Shown one piece after another: positions 19,392 to 32,797 of a DNA stretch of 56,177 nt; the stretch's first letter is position 1; the number at the start of each line of letters is the position of its first letter. The notes below the pieces were generated by a model. That model saw only the letters and a list, made by a program, of their open reading frames with translations, was not told where the DNA came from and did not search any database. The stretch spans positions 1 to 56,177 of the forward strand of contig DASZXE010000335.1 of NCBI GenBank assembly GCA_035546475.1. The letters are read 5' to 3'. Made by a program: the position numbers and the translations under genes. Origin of the DNA: Kofleriaceae bacterium. Lineage in GTDB: Bacteria > Myxococcota_A > Polyangia > Haliangiales > Haliangiaceae.

Positions 19392-19419
19392 GACTGACTC
19401 CGTGAAGCCGGGAACCGGC

Positions 19420-19968
19420 TCAGCCCGCCGCCGCCGGCGTGCTGCCGGCCGCGCGAACCGCACGAGCGGGGGACACCACCTCGCCGACGTTCTTGCCGCG
19501 CACGCGCGCCACCTGCTCGGCCGAGCGCAGCGCCTTGAGCGCCGCGACGACCGCGTGGATGACGTTGTGCGGGTTCGACGTGCCGAACGACTTGGTGAGG
19601 ATGTCGCGCACGCCCGCGACCTCGAGCACCGGGCGCACGCCGCCGCCGGCGATGACGCCGGTACCGTGCGAGGCCGGACGGAGCAGCACCGAGGCGGCGC
19701 CGAACTCCCCCATGATGTCGTGCGGGATCGTCCCGTGCACCAGCGGGATGCGGAACAGGTTGCGCTTGGCGCGGTCGGTGCCCTTGCGGATCGCCTCCGG
19801 CACCTCGTTCGCCTTGCCGAGCCCCGCGCCGACGTGGCCGTTCTTGTCGCCGACGACGACCAGCGCCGAGAACGAGAACCGCCGGCCGCCCTTCACGACC
19901 TTCGCGACGCGGTTGATGTAGACGACCTTGTCGACGAGCTCGCCGACTTCTTCCTGATTGATGGACAT
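19420..19968 (-). CDS. rpsE: 30S ribosomal protein S5 (uS5)
   Basis: From ATG 19968: [47 protein letters not shown]. The upstream track extension is Arg/Ser-rich overlap with rplR. Confidence 0.92.
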   Translation of the reverse strand: MSINQEEVGELVDKVVYINRVAKVVKGGRRFSFSALVVVGDKNGHVGAGLGKANEVPEAIRKGTDRAKRNLFRIPLVHGTIPHDIMGEFGAASVLLRPASHGTGVIAGGGVRPVLEVAGVRDILTKSFGTSNPHNVIHAVVAALKALRSAEQVARVRGKNVGEVVSPARAVRAAGSTPAAAG

Positions 19969-20011
19969 ATCGATGTGCTTCCGTCTCTTCCGTCGGGTCC
20001 GTCGGGAGCCG

Positions 20012-20392
20012 TTAGAACTGGAGCCCGCCCTCGCGGGCGCCGTCGGCGACCTGGGCGACCCGGCCGTGGTAGAGGTAGCCGTTGCGGTCGAAGACGACCG
20101 TCGCGACCTGCTTGGCGAGCAGCTTCGCGGCGATCGCCTTGCCGACGACGCGGGCGACATCCTTCTTGTTCTTGCCCTCGACATCGCCCTTGAGGGCGGC
20201 CTCGAGGTCCGACGCCGCCGCCAGCACGGCGCCGGTGGTGTCGTCGATGGCCTGGGCGTAGATGTGCTTCGACGAGCGGAACACCGACAGGCGCGGCCGC
20301 TCGGCCGTGCCGGAGATGCGCTTGCGGATGTGGACCTTGCGGGCCTGCCGCTTGCGCTCGCGGGGGTTGACGATCTTCTCGTAGCCAGCCAT
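20012..20392 (-). CDS. rplR: 50S ribosomal protein L18 (uL18)
   Basis: ...[29 protein letters not shown]...; 126 aa. Confidence 0.95.
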   Translation of the reverse strand: MAGYEKIVNPRERKRQARKVHIRKRISGTAERPRLSVFRSSKHIYAQAIDDTTGAVLAAASDLEAALKGDVEGKNKKDVARVVGKAIAAKLLAKQVATVVFDRNGYLYHGRVAQVADGAREGGLQF

Positions 20393-20401
20393 GGCGGTCT
20401 C

Positions 20402-20944
20402 CTACTTGCCCTTGCCGGCGGCCTTGCCCGCCTTGCGCTGGATCTTCTCCTCGACGTACTTCACGCCCTTGCCCTTGTACGGCTCGGGGGCGCGGAAGCT
20501 GCGGATCTTGGCCGCCGCGGCGCCGAGGAGCTGCTTGTCCATGGCCGAGAGGATGAGCAGGTTCTTGTCGACCTTCGCGCTCACGCCCTCGGGCAGCTTG
20601 TACTCGATCGGGTGCGAGTAGCCGAGCGTGAGCACGAGCGAGGCGCCCTTGACCTCGGCGCGGTAGCCGACGCCGTTGATCTCGAGCTGGCGCTCGAAGC
20701 CGGTCGACACGCCCTTGACGAGGTTCGACGTGAGCGCGCGCATGAGCCCGTGGGCCGCGCGCGCCGGCTTGTCCTCGCCCTGGCGGATGAAGACGAGCTG
20801 GCCGTTCTCCTGCTTCACCTCGATCGCGTCGTGCCGCTTGAGCGACAGCGAGCCCTTCGGGCCCTTCGCCGTGATGAGGTCGGGCGTGATCTGGACGGTC
20901 ACACCCTTGGGAACTTCGACGTTGCGCTTGCCGATGCGGGACAT
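20402..20944 (-). CDS. rplF: 50S ribosomal protein L6 (uL6)
   Basis: [19 protein letters not shown].....AKGPKGSL; 180 aa. Confidence 0.95.
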   Translation of the reverse strand: MSRIGKRNVEVPKGVTVQITPDLITAKGPKGSLSLKRHDAIEVKQENGQLVFIRQGEDKPARAAHGLMRALTSNLVKGVSTGFERQLEINGVGYRAEVKGASLVLTLGYSHPIEYKLPEGVSAKVDKNLLILSAMDKQLLGAAAAKIRSFRAPEPYKGKGVKYVEEKIQRKAGKAAGKGK

Positions 20945-20948
20945 GGTG

Positions 20949-21347
20949 TCACCAGACCTCGCAGAGGACTTCGCCGCCCACGCCGCGCTTGCGCGCCTCG
21001 CGGTCGGTCATCACGCCCTGCGACGTGGAGATGATGGAGATACCGAGGCCGTTGCGCACGCGCGGCACGCCCTTGGCGGGCACGTACGCGCGCTGGCCGG
21101 GCCGCGACACCCGGCGGAGTCCGGTGATCGCGTTGCCGGTGCGGCCGTCGTAGCGCAGCGTGACGGTGATGGTGCCCGAGTACTCGTCCTCGGCCGCGAT
21201 CACGCTGTCGACGAAGCCCTCTTCCTTGAGGATCTCGGCGATGCGCAGCTTGAGGTTCGACTTCGGGCAAGCCACCTCGCGCTTGCGGGCACGGATGCCG
21301 TTGCGCAGGCGAGCGAGCAGATCAGCGATGGGGTCGGTCATCGACAC
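20949..21347 (-). CDS. rpsH: 30S ribosomal protein S8 (uS8)
   Basis: [22 protein letters not shown]...; 132 aa. Confidence 0.95.
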   Translation of the reverse strand: MSMTDPIADLLARLRNGIRARKREVACPKSNLKLRIAEILKEEGFVDSVIAAEDEYSGTITVTLRYDGRTGNAITGLRRVSRPGQRAYVPAKGVPRVRNGLGISIISTSQGVMTDREARKRGVGGEVLCEVW

Positions 21348-21368
21348 GGCGAATGTCCTTGGACGGTG

Positions 21369-21548
21369 TTACCAGCTCGACTTGATGACGCCCGGGATCT
21401 CGCCACGCAGCGCGAGCTCGCGGAAGCAGCACCGGCACATCTCGAACTTGCGCAGGAACGCGCGCGACCGGCCGCACCGCTTGCAGCGGTTGTGGGCGCG
21501 GACCTTGAACTTGGGGGTCTTGGGCAGGCGATCGACGAGCTTGCTCAT
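21369..21548 (-). CDS. rpsN: 30S ribosomal protein S14, zinc-binding type Z (uS14)
   Basis: From ATG 21548: [59 protein letters not shown] (59 aa, CxxC...CxxC). Start overlaps the rplE stop. Confidence 0.92.
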   Translation of the reverse strand: MSKLVDRLPKTPKFKVRAHNRCKRCGRSRAFLRKFEMCRCCFRELALRGEIPGVIKSSW

Positions 21549-22297
21549 GCGGCCGCTCCTTGCGCGGGCGACGCCTGACGGAACGGCATGCCGAGGTAGC
21601 CGAGCAGCGCGCGGCCCTCGTTGTCCGTCTTGGCGGTGGTGACGACGGAGATGTTGAGGCCCTTGATCGAGTCGATCTTGTCGTACTCGATCTCGGGGAA
21701 GATGATCTGCTCGCGCACGCCCATGGTGAAGTTGCCGCGGCCGTCGAAGCCGCGGCTCGACACGCCGCGGAAGTCGCGGACGCGGGGCAGCGCGATGTTG
21801 ACCAGGCGATCGAGGAACTCCCACATGCGGTCGCCGCGCAGGGTGACCGCGACGCCGATCTTGTGGCCCTTGCGGAGCTTGTAGTTGGCGATGTCCTTCT
21901 TCGCCTTGGTGACCACCGGCGCCTGGCCGGCGATCAGCTTCAGCTCCTCGACGGCGTTCTCGATGATCTTGCTGTCGTGGGCGGCGCGGCCGAGCCCCAT
22001 GTTCAGCGAGATCTTGACGACGCGCGGCACCTCCATCGCGGAGCCGTAGCTGAACTCCTTGGTGAGCTGCTCGCGGACCGTCGCCTGGTACTGCTGCTTC
22101 AGGCGCGGCGGGCCGGTGCGCTTGTAGGTCGGAGCCGGGCCGGTCGGAGCCGCGCCCTTCTTTCCGCCCTTGCCCGCGCCGGCGGCCTTGGCCGCGGCCT
22201 TCTTCTCGCCGCCGCCGCCGGCGTCGCCGCCCTCGGCCTTGGCCGGCTTCGCCGGCTTGGCCGGCTTGTCGGCCTGGTTGTCTTCCTTCGTCGCCAT
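21545..22297 (-). CDS. rplE: 50S ribosomal protein L5 (uL5) with a 64-aa Lys/Ala/Pro-rich N-terminal extension
   Basis: The conserved core starts at [18 protein letters not shown]...[15 protein letters not shown] saw no ATG/GTG/TTG in frame between ATG 22297 and that core. Confidence 0.9.
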   Translation of the reverse strand: MATKEDNQADKPAKPAKPAKAEGGDAGGGGEKKAAAKAAGAGKGGKKGAAPTGPAPTYKRTGPPRLKQQYQATVREQLTKEFSYGSAMEVPRVVKISLNMGLGRAAHDSKIIENAVEELKLIAGQAPVVTKAKKDIANYKLRKGHKIGVAVTLRGDRMWEFLDRLVNIALPRVRDFRGVSSRGFDGRGNFTMGVREQIIFPEIEYDKIDSIKGLNISVVTTAKTDNEGRALLGYLGMPFRQASPAQGAAA

Positions 22298-22383
22298 GGT
22301 GCTTCTCTGCTAGTGGTTGATCGGGGCTCCCGACGCGTCAGCGGCGGGTTTCCGATTGAACGATCGATGGATCGGGCGTCGGC

Positions 22384-22712
22384 TCAGAGGCCGGCAGCCT
22401 CGAAGCGGGTGCCGCTCTTCACGCCCACGCGGACCTTCGTGCCGCCCTCCTCGACCCAGCGGGTGCGAGTGGCCTTGCCGAGCTTCTCGTCCCAGAGGGC
22501 GACGTTCGCGATCGCGATCGTGCCCTCCTTCTCGAGGATGCCGCCCTGGGGGTTCTTCTGGTTGGCCTTGGTGTGGCGCTTGACGAGGTTGACCTTCTCG
22601 ACGATCACGCGCTCGCCCGACTTCGTCGAGACGACGCGCAGGACCTTGCCGCGCTTGCCCTTGTCCTTGCCCTTGGTGACGACGACGAGGTCGCCACGGC
22701 GTACGTGCGCCA

Positions 22713-22716
<4 letters not shown>
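22384..22716 (-). CDS. rplX: 50S ribosomal protein L24 (uL24)
   Basis: [28 protein letters not shown] (KOW motif); 110 aa. Confidence 0.95.
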
Positions 22717-23077
<361 letters not shown>

Positions 23078-23081
<4 letters not shown>

Positions 23082-23392
23082 GGCAGGTTCTCCTTCACCT
23101 GGATCTGCTCGGCCTTGCTGACGGTGCGGAACACCCGCCAGCGCTTGGTCTTCGACATCGGGCGAGACTCCATGATCTCGACGACGTCGCCGACGCTGCA
23201 GCCGTTGTGCTCGTCGTGCGCCTTGTACTTCACGCGGCGGGTCACGAACTTGTGGAAGCGGCGGTCGCGGATGCGGCGCACCACGCTCACGACCACGGTC
23301 TTGTCCATGGCGTTCGAGGTGACGGTGCCGGTGATCGTGCGGCGGGTGCCGCGGTTGTCGCTGGTGTCGTTGGTCGCTTCGGTCGCGCTCAC
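23078..23392 (-). CDS. rpsQ: 30S ribosomal protein S17 (uS17)
   Basis: ...[43 protein letters not shown]; 104 aa. Confidence 0.93.
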
Positions 23393-23407
23393 GGGCGTGA
23401 TCTCCTG

Positions 23408-23659
23408 CTACTCCGCCGAGCGGGCGGACTTCGACTTCTTGCCCTGGGTCTCGAGGTCGAGCTCGCGGGCACGGAGGATGGTGAGGATGCGGCTCACCTC
23501 GCGGCGCTTGCTCGTGATCTCGGCCGACGACGTCACCTGGTTCGTGTGGCGGCCGAGCTCGAGGCGGAACACCTCGTCGCGGACGCGCGCCAGGGCGTTG
23601 CGCAGCTCGTCGGCGGGCAGATCGCGAAGCTTGTCGAGGCTGTCGGCGGACTTGCTCAC
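23408..23659 (-). CDS. rpmC: 50S ribosomal protein L29 (uL29)
   Basis: GTG 23659 overlaps the rplP stop (GTGA). [46 protein letters not shown]...[11 protein letters not shown]. It has a short basic C-terminal tail. Confidence 0.85.
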   Translation of the reverse strand: MSKSADSLDKLRDLPADELRNALARVRDEVFRLELGRHTNQVTSSAEITSKRREVSRILTILRARELDLETQGKKSKSARSAE

Positions 23660-24078
23660 AGCGCGCCCTCCCGGGAGATGAGGTGGGTCTTGAGCGGCAG
23701 CTTGTGGTGCGCGCGGGTGAACGCCTGGCGGGCGGTGGCCTCGTCGACGCCCTCGACCTCGAAGATCACGCGGCCGGGGCGGACGACCGCGACCCAGCCC
23801 TCGACGCCGCCCTTGCCGGTACCCATGCGGGTCTCGGCCGGCTTCTTGGTGACCGACTTGTCGGGGAAGACGCGGACGTAGATCTTGCCGGCCTTCTTGA
23901 CGGCGCGGCTGATGGCGACGCGGGCCGCCTCGATCTGGCGGGACGTGAGCCAGCCGGGCTCGAGGATCTGCAGGCCGAAGTCTCCGAAGGAGACCTGGTC
24001 GCCGCCCTTGGCCAGGCCGGCGGTGTGTCCCTTGTGGAACTTGCGGAACTTCGTGCGCTTGGGGGAGAGCATGCTCAT
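23656..24078 (-). CDS. rplP: 50S ribosomal protein L16 (uL16)
   Basis: [26 protein letters not shown]; 140 aa. Confidence 0.96.
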   Translation of the reverse strand: MSMLSPKRTKFRKFHKGHTAGLAKGGDQVSFGDFGLQILEPGWLTSRQIEAARVAISRAVKKAGKIYVRVFPDKSVTKKPAETRMGTGKGGVEGWVAVVRPGRVIFEVEGVDEATARQAFTRAHHKLPLKTHLISREGAL

Positions 24079-24114
24079 GGCGAATTTCCTGGGCGTGCCG
24101 AGAAGGAGAGCCGA

Positions 24115-24786
<672 letters not shown>

Positions 24787-24797
24787 GGTGCTTGGTC

Positions 24798-25136
24798 CTA
24801 CTCGTCCGAGACGACGACGGTGAGGTGGCTGGTGCGGTGCTGGATCCGGTTGGCGCGGCCCATCGACCGCGGCATCCAGCGCTTGACGATCGGCCCGCCG
24901 TCGACGGTGATCGTGGAGATCTTGAGGTCCTCCACCGAGACGTCGCCGCCCGAGCGCTCCTCGGCGTTGGCGGCGGCGCTCTTGATCGCCTTCGCGATCA
25001 GGCGGCCGGCCTTCTTCGGCATGTGCTCGAGGAGGCCGACCGCGGCCTCCACGCGCTCGCCGCGGACCAGGTTGGCGACGACGCGCATCTTGCGGGGCGA
25101 CATCGTGATGCCGCGAATGAGAGCTCTGGCTTCCAT
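24798..25136 (-). CDS. rplV: 50S ribosomal protein L22 (uL22)
   Basis: From ATG 25136: [36 protein letters not shown]. The track extension overlaps the rpsS 3' end. Confidence 0.92.
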   Translation of the reverse strand: MEARALIRGITMSPRKMRVVANLVRGERVEAAVGLLEHMPKKAGRLIAKAIKSAAANAEERSGGDVSVEDLKISTITVDGGPIVKRWMPRSMGRANRIQHRTSHLTVVVSDE

Positions 25137-25152
25137 GGGAGTGCCGTCCTGC

Positions 25153-25428
25153 CTAGCGCTTCTTGTCGCCGCCGTGGCCGGTGAACGTGCGCGTGGGCGC
25201 GAACTCACCGAGCTTGTGGCCGACCATGTTCTCGGTGACGAACACCGGGATGAACTTCTTGCCGTTGTGGACCGCGAAGGTGAGCGCGACCATCTCGGGC
25301 GTGATCGTCGAGCGCCGCGACCAGGTCTTGATCACCCGCTTGTTCGGGTTCGACTCCTTCTGGGCGGCCTGGATCTTCTTGGTCAGGTAGGGCTCGATGT
25401 AGGGGCCCTTCTTCACGCTGCGCGGCAT
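25153..25428 (-). CDS. rpsS: 30S ribosomal protein S19 (uS19)
   Basis: [18 protein letters not shown]...........[14 protein letters not shown]; 91 aa. Confidence 0.96.
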   Translation of the reverse strand: MPRSVKKGPYIEPYLTKKIQAAQKESNPNKRVIKTWSRRSTITPEMVALTFAVHNGKKFIPVFVTENMVGHKLGEFAPTRTFTGHGGDKKR

Positions 25429-25431
25429 GGC

Positions 25432-26256
25432 TCACTTGCTCCGGCGACGGACGATGTTCTTGTCGGTCCGCTTGTTGTGGCGAGTCTTGTAGCCCTTGGT
25501 CGGCTGGCCCCACGGGGTGCACGGGTGGCGGCCACCGGAGCTGCGGCCCTCGCCGCCGCCCATCGGGTGATCGACCGGGTTCATCGAGACGCCGCGGTTG
25601 TGCGGACGCTGGCCGAGCCAGCGCTTGCGGCCGGCCTTGCCCCACTCGATGTTCGCGTGCTCGGAGTTGGCGATCTGCCCGACGGTGGCGCGGCAGTCGA
25701 TGTGGACGTAGCGCATCTCGCCCGACGGCAGGCGGAGGGTGGCCTGCTCGCCCTCCTTCGCCATCAGCACCACCTTGGTGCCGGCCGAGCGGCCGAGCTG
25801 CGCGCCGCCGCCGATCTTGAGCTCCACCGCGTGGACCTCGGTGCCGATCGGGATGTGGCGGAGCGGCAGCGCGTTGCCCGGCTTGATGTCGGCCGAGTTC
25901 GCGCTGATCACCTCGTCGCCGACCTCGAGCCGCTGCGGCGCGAGGATGTAGGCCTTGACGCCGTCGGCGTACTGGATGAGCGCGAGGCGGGCCGACCGGT
26001 TCGGGTCGTACTCGATGCCCAGGACCTTGGCCGGCACGCCGGTCTTGTTGCGCTTGAAGTCGACCTTGCGGTAGCGCTGCTTGTGGCCGCCGCCGCGGAA
26101 CCGCGACGTGACGCGGCCGTGGTTGTTGCGGCCGGCGGTCTCGGTCTTGTGCTCGAGGAGGCTCTTCTCGGGCTTCTTCTTGGTGATCTGGCCGAAGTCC
26201 TGCGTGGACATGCCACGGCGACCCGGCGAGGTCGGCTTGTACTTGATGATCGCCAT
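25432..26256 (-). CDS. rplB: 50S ribosomal protein L2 (uL2)
   Basis: [17 protein letters not shown]...[13 protein letters not shown]; 274 aa. Confidence 0.97.
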   Translation of the reverse strand: MAIIKYKPTSPGRRGMSTQDFGQITKKKPEKSLLEHKTETAGRNNHGRVTSRFRGGGHKQRYRKVDFKRNKTGVPAKVLGIEYDPNRSARLALIQYADGVKAYILAPQRLEVGDEVISANSADIKPGNALPLRHIPIGTEVHAVELKIGGGAQLGRSAGTKVVLMAKEGEQATLRLPSGEMRYVHIDCRATVGQIANSEHANIEWGKAGRKRWLGQRPHNRGVSMNPVDHPMGGGEGRSSGGRHPCTPWGQPTKGYKTRHNKRTDKNIVRRRSK

Positions 26257-26260
26257 TGGC

Positions 26261-26590
26261 TCAGACTCCCTCGAAGAACGCGATCTGGTCGCCGGCCTTG
26301 AGCGTCACGATCGCCTTCTTCCAGGCCGGACGGCGGCCGGAGAAGCGACCCACCCGCTTGATCTTGCCGCGGGCGACCAGCGTGCGGACGCCGGTGACGT
26401 GGACCTTGAACAGCGCCTCGACGGCGTTGCGGATCTCGATCTTGTTGGCGTCCTTCGCCACCTCGAAGACGACCTGCTGGGCGACGTCCTCGCCCTCGGC
26501 GGGGCGCTCGACGCCGCCGCCGGTCTCGCGCAGGCGGGCGGTCTTCTCGGACAGGAGCGGACGCTTGATGACGGCTTGCGGTGCGCGCAT
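26261..26590 (-). CDS. rplW: 50S ribosomal protein L23 (uL23)
   Basis: From ATG 26590: [20 protein letters not shown]...[26 protein letters not shown]. The track extension overlaps rplD. Confidence 0.9.
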   Translation of the reverse strand: MRAPQAVIKRPLLSEKTARLRETGGGVERPAEGEDVAQQVVFEVAKDANKIEIRNAVEALFKVHVTGVRTLVARGKIKRVGRFSGRRPAWKKAIVTLKAGDQIAFFEGV

Positions 26591-26598
26591 GGCTCGGC

Positions 26599-27273
26599 TC
26601 ACTCCGCGGCTGCGGCCGAAGCTGCAGCCGGAGCTGCGGCCGAGGCTGCGGTCAGGGACGCCTCGACCGACTTGATCGAGGCCTGGGTGATCACCACGGT
26701 CTCGTGGCGGAGGATGTCGTAGACGTTCAGGCCCTCGGGCGCGATCCACTTCGACGCCGCGAGGTTCTTCGAGCCGCGGGCGAGCAGCGCGTTGTCCTTC
26801 GCGTCGACGATCAGCACCTTCGACGCCGGCTGGGCGACGCCGAGGTTCTTGAGCGCGGTCGCGACGCCCTTGGTCTTGCCGTCCGAGTCGAACTTGTCGA
26901 GGACGATGAGCTTCTGCTCGCCGGCGCGCAGCGAGAGGGCGGCGCGCAGCGCGGCCTTCTTCGCCTTGCGGGGCATCGTGTACTCGTAGCTGCGGGGCTT
27001 CGGGCCGAAGACCGAGCCGCCGCCGACCCAGTGGGGCGCCTTGTGCGAGCCCTGGCGGGCGCGGCCGGTGCCCTTCTGCTTCCACGCCTTGATGCTCGAG
27101 CCGCGGACCTCGCCGATGCGCTTGGTCGACGCGTTGCCGGCGCGGCGCTTGGCGAGCTGCCACTTCACGACCTCCCACAGGAGGTGCTCGTGGACCTCGG
27201 CGGCGAAGACCTCGTCGGCCAGCTCGATCTGCCCGACCGACTGGCCGGCGGTGTTCTTGACGTCTAGCTTCAT
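26599..27273 (-). CDS. rplD: 50S ribosomal protein L4 (uL4)
   Basis: From ATG 27273: [23 protein letters not shown]...[35 protein letters not shown]. Ala-rich C-terminal tail. The start lies 17 nt after the rpsJ stop. Confidence 0.93.
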   Translation of the reverse strand: MKLDVKNTAGQSVGQIELADEVFAAEVHEHLLWEVVKWQLAKRRAGNASTKRIGEVRGSSIKAWKQKGTGRARQGSHKAPHWVGGGSVFGPKPRSYEYTMPRKAKKAALRAALSLRAGEQKLIVLDKFDSDGKTKGVATALKNLGVAQPASKVLIVDAKDNALLARGSKNLAASKWIAPEGLNVYDILRHETVVITQASIKSVEASLTAASAAAPAAASAAAAE

Positions 27274-27290
27274 GGCACGCGTCCTTGGAC

Positions 27291-27602
<312 letters not shown>

Positions 27603-27646
27603 GAGCTGGGTCCTGAGTTCGTCGAGGGGGGCTCGAAGAGTCGCGC

Positions 27647-27674
27647 AGTGTACTCAGATCGATTCGTTTTGGAA
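27647..27674 (-). promoter_or_regulatory. Weak sigma-70-like promoter candidate for the S10 operon
   Basis: Minus strand TTCCAA-16 nt-TACACT, in a locally AT-richer stretch of the 205-nt fusA-rpsJ spacer. Only 3/6 and 4/6 matches to consensus. Confidence 0.25.
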
Positions 27675-27807
27675 GATCGAACTGCAGCTTCTTTCGCCGG
27701 CTTGTCCTCGGGATCGAACGGCCGATCGAGGGCGGGACGGAGGCCTCCCGCGGCGACGCGCAAGTCGCTGAAATCACGCCGTGGGCTCGTCGAGGGCGCC
27801 GTCAACC

Positions 27808-29943
<2,136 letters not shown>

Positions 29944-30061
29944 GTCATGTCGAGGTCCGGTGGCGGAGGGAGCGGCGGGGGCCGAGGAAGACGGTGTCGC
30001 GCGGCGGGTCGCCTGCGCCGGACCGGGGCACGTCACGCGGGCGCGACGGCGGCGGTCCCCA

Positions 30062-30089
30062 CCGGCTGGATCGATTCCGGTCCAGCCGG
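30062..30089 (-). other. 9-bp-stem hairpin in the rpsG-fusA spacer
   Basis: CCGGCTGGA-tcgattccgg-TCCAGCCGG (perfect inverted repeat); no T-tract. Confidence 0.3.
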
Positions 30090-30202
30090 GGACTGTGAAA
30101 AGCCGGGTGGTTCGACGCCGTGCAACGGCATCGCCTTCCCGACCCCCGTGGAGCTGTCTCTTCCTTCGGTCCTCGCCTCCTGAACGACAGAGGTGACGCT
30201 AC

Positions 30203-30412
30203 GAGCTACGAACTGGGAGCTACCGGCGCCCTGGGAGCGTTTCCGCTACCAGCGCCCTGGTAGCGGTTCCGCTACCAACGCCCTGGGAGCGGTTCCGCTA
30301 CCAGCGCCCTGGGAGCGTTTCCGCTACCAACGCCCTGGGAGCGTTTCCGCTACCAACGCCCTGGGAGCGGTTCCGCTACCAACGCCCTGGGAGCGGTTCC
30401 GCTACCAACGAT
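30203..30412. repeat. 26-bp tandem array (7 full units plus a degenerate one) beginning at the rpsG stop codon
   Basis: CCCTGG recurs at 30229, 30255, 30281, 30307, 30333, 30359 and 30385 (exact 26-bp period). Plus-strand unit is CGCCCTGGGAGCG(G/T)TTCCGCTACCA(A/G). The last unit supplies the rpsG codons CGT TGG TAG. Each unit contains the near-palindrome GG(G/T)AGCGG-TT-CCGCTACC. Confidence 0.9.
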
Positions 30413-30890
30413 AGTGCGCGAACGCCTTGTTGGCGTCCGCCATCTTGTGCACGTCCTCGCGCTTCTTGACCGCGTTGCCGCGGTTCTGCGCGGCGTCGAC
30501 GATCTCGTTGGCGAGGCGGTCGATCATCGTCTTCTCGTTGCGGCCGCGGGCGTACTCGATGAGCCACCGCATGCCGAGCGCGAGCGAGCGGTCCGGGCGG
30601 ACATCGACCGGCACCTGGTACGTCGAGCCACCGACGCGGCGGCTCTTGACCTCGACCTTGGGGCGCACGTTGCCGAGCGCGCGGTCCCACACCTTCAGCG
30701 GATCGTCCTTCGCCCGCTCGGCGACCAGGTCGAGCGCGTTGTAGACGATCTTCTCCGCGGTCGCCTTCTTGCCGTCGCTCATCACCACGTTGATGAACTT
30801 CGTGATGCGTCGGCGGACATCGGGCGGCGCGTCCGTGAACTTGGGGTCCGGCAGGACGCGGCGCTTGGGGACTTCACCTTTGCGGGGCAT
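30402..30890 (-). CDS. rpsG: 30S ribosomal protein S7 (uS7)
   Basis: [18 protein letters not shown]...; ends ...[10 protein letters not shown]; 162 aa. Confidence 0.97.
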   Translation of the reverse strand: MPRKGEVPKRRVLPDPKFTDAPPDVRRRITKFINVVMSDGKKATAEKIVYNALDLVAERAKDDPLKVWDRALGNVRPKVEVKSRRVGGSTYQVPVDVRPDRSLALGMRWLIEYARGRNEKTMIDRLANEIVDAAQNRGNAVKKREDVHKMADANKAFAHYRW

Positions 30891-30910
30891 GGCTTCCTCG
30901 GTCTCTCAGA

Positions 30911-31282
30911 TCACTTGGGGCGCTTGGCGCCGTACTTCGAGCGGCCCTGCTTGCGCGACGACACGCCGGTGGTGTCGAGGGTGCCGCGGATGATGTGGTA
31001 GCGCACGCCAGGGAGGTCCTTGACGCGGCCGCCGCGGATGAGGACCACCGAGTGCTCCTGGAGGTTGTGGCCCTCGCCGGGGATGTACGAGGTGACCTCC
31101 ATGCCGTTCGAGAGCCGCACACGGGCGACCTTGCGGAGGGCCGAGTTGGGCTTCTTCGGCGTGGTCGTGTAGACGCGGGTGCAGACCCCGCGCTTCTGGG
31201 GGCAGGACTTGAGGGCGGGCGAGGCGGTCTTGGTCTTGACCAGCTCGCGGCCGTGTCGAACCAGCTGATTGATCGTCGGCAT
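30911..31282 (-). CDS. rpsL: 30S ribosomal protein S12 (uS12)
   Basis: [13 protein letters not shown]......[37 protein letters not shown]; 123 aa. Confidence 0.98.
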   Translation of the reverse strand: MPTINQLVRHGRELVKTKTASPALKSCPQKRGVCTRVYTTTPKKPNSALRKVARVRLSNGMEVTSYIPGEGHNLQEHSVVLIRGGRVKDLPGVRYHIIRGTLDTTGVSSRKQGRSKYGAKRPK

Positions 31283-31339
31283 GAACCAGGGTGCTCCGAG
31301 CGTTGACCCGACGGACGAGTCCCGTCGGCGAGGCGCGAG

Positions 31340-31367
31340 AGTCTACAGACCCACCCTCCCCTGTCAA
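31340..31367 (-). promoter_or_regulatory. Sigma-70-type promoter candidate for rpsL-rpsG-fusA
   Basis: Minus strand TTGACA (31367-31362, perfect -35), 16-nt spacer, TAGACT (31345-31340). It lies about 60 nt upstream of the rpsL ATG. The predicted leader contains the hairpin CCGACGG-N7-CCGTCGG (31308-31328). Confidence 0.5.
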
Positions 31368-31382
31368 GCCCCTCGGCGCCCG

Positions 31383-31601
31383 TCAGCGGATCTTGTGCCC
31401 GCGGAAGCGGGGGACGACCTCGGTGGCGACGAACGCGCCGATCGAGGGGGCCTCCAGCATCGCCTGGGCGACCGACCGCGGCACGCCGAAGTACCGGTAG
31501 GTGCCGCCCTCCTTCAAGACGACCTCCAGCACGTTCGTGTCCGCGTCGAACCCGACCACGGCGATCGCCTTCGACCTGACCGGCGCGCGGATCATGGCCA
31601 C
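31383..31601 (-). CDS. KTSC-domain protein
   Basis: 72 aa. SKAIAVVGFDADTNVLEVVLKEGGTYRYFGVPRSVAQAMLEAPSIGAFV fits the KTSC pattern (I..vgYD.....L.V.F..G..Y.Y..VP..v...l..A.S.G.yf). Confidence 0.7.
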   Translation of the reverse strand: MAMIRAPVRSKAIAVVGFDADTNVLEVVLKEGGTYRYFGVPRSVAQAMLEAPSIGAFVATEVVPRFRGHKIR

Positions 31602-31639
31602 GTCCCACCCTACTCCGCCGCGCCGCGGTCGGGTGCCGG

Positions 31640-32752
31640 TCAGAACTTGTAGCCGAAGCCGATGGAGACGATCGGGAGGACGCGGTACCGGGCGAGCTTG
31701 GCGTCGATCTCCTCCTCCTCGAGCTCGACCTGGGAGTCCACCAGGTCGTCACCGGTGATGTTGCGGCACGGGTGGCCGTCGGGATCGCACGCGGTGCCGC
31801 GCAGCGAGATCGCCGTCGTCGGCGCGCGCGAGTAGACGACGCCGACCTCGACGGGGATGCTCCAGCGACGCCGGCCGCGCGGGACGATGTTACCCCAGCC
31901 GATCACGATCGCCGGCGCGATGCGCTCGTACTCGACGACCGCCGTCGCCGACACCGGATCGGCAGCGGCGCTGAGCAGGTCGGCGTGGTGGAGGTGGAAG
32001 ACCTCGCCCGCGGGCACGCTCGCCACGCCCGAGGCGCGATTGCCGTTGCAGAGCATGACCCCGGGGCTGAGGTGCCAGTTGCCGCCGAACGGGAACCAGT
32101 CGAGCGAGGCGCTCACCGAGCGGAGCATCAGGCGGCCGTGGTAGTGGACCCCCTCGTCGGCGTAGCCGTCTTCGAGCCAGAACGTGCTGAACCCGCCGCG
32201 CACGTTCACCCGTCCGCCGAGCGGCACCGCGACGTCGACGCCGGCGCCGAGCGCCGACACCTTCACCGCCAGCCCCACGTGCGTCGGCGGCTTCGGCGGC
32301 GTCCGGCCTGCCGCCCAGAGCGTCAGCGGCGCCGCGCCGGCGAGCTCGTCCGCGGATGGATCGCCGACGCCCCGGAGCCGGATGCCCCGGTCGAGCACGC
32401 AGCCATCGCCGGCGACGAGCACGTCCCCCGCCGCCAGCGTCACCGCGTCACCGGCGGCCTCGCGGTCCAGGACCTCGACCAGCTTGCCGTCGAGGCGGTG
32501 CGCCGCGCCGACGGCGTGCACGCGGAAGAGGCGGAGGGTCGTACACGGCGCGGCCGGTGACGCCGCGGCATCGACGCGGCGCGCCACCGACGACGTCTCC
32601 GGCGCGACCGGCGCGACGTAGCCGGGCTGCGCCCTCGGATCATCGATCTCGAACGGTGAGCGCGGGTCGACCGGCGGCGGATGCGGGGCGCAGGCCCCCG
32701 CGGTCGCGACGCTCACGAGCGCCGCGAGACGCCATCGGGGACGGCGTCGCAT
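31640..32752 (-). CDS. Predicted outer-membrane beta-barrel lipoprotein
   Basis: Signal MRRRPRWRLAALVSVATAGAC. Alternating beta-strand-like C-terminal half ending in ...VSIGFGYKF (aromatic terminal OMP signature). Confidence 0.65.
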   Translation of the reverse strand: MRRRPRWRLAALVSVATAGACAPHPPPVDPRSPFEIDDPRAQPGYVAPVAPETSSVARRVDAAASPAAPCTTLRLFRVHAVGAAHRLDGKLVEVLDREAAGDAVTLAAGDVLVAGDGCVLDRGIRLRGVGDPSADELAGAAPLTLWAAGRTPPKPPTHVGLAVKVSALGAGVDVAVPLGGRVNVRGGFSTFWLEDGYADEGVHYHGRLMLRSVSASLDWFPFGGNWHLSPGVMLCNGNRASGVASVPAGEVFHLHHADLLSAAADPVSATAVVEYERIAPAIVIGWGNIVPRGRRRWSIPVEVGVVYSRAPTTAISLRGTACDPDGHPCRNITGDDLVDSQVELEEEEIDAKLARYRVLPIVSIGFGYKF

Positions 32753-32797
32753 CTGACGATGGTGCGCGCGTCGCCAGGCCCGCGCAACCTGCCCTGG

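Noticed and set aside
30203-30412. The 26-bp repeats as a CRISPR array.
   Set aside because: The units are directly abutting with an exact 26-bp period and no unique spacers between them. No cas genes are nearby. This is a tandem minisatellite.
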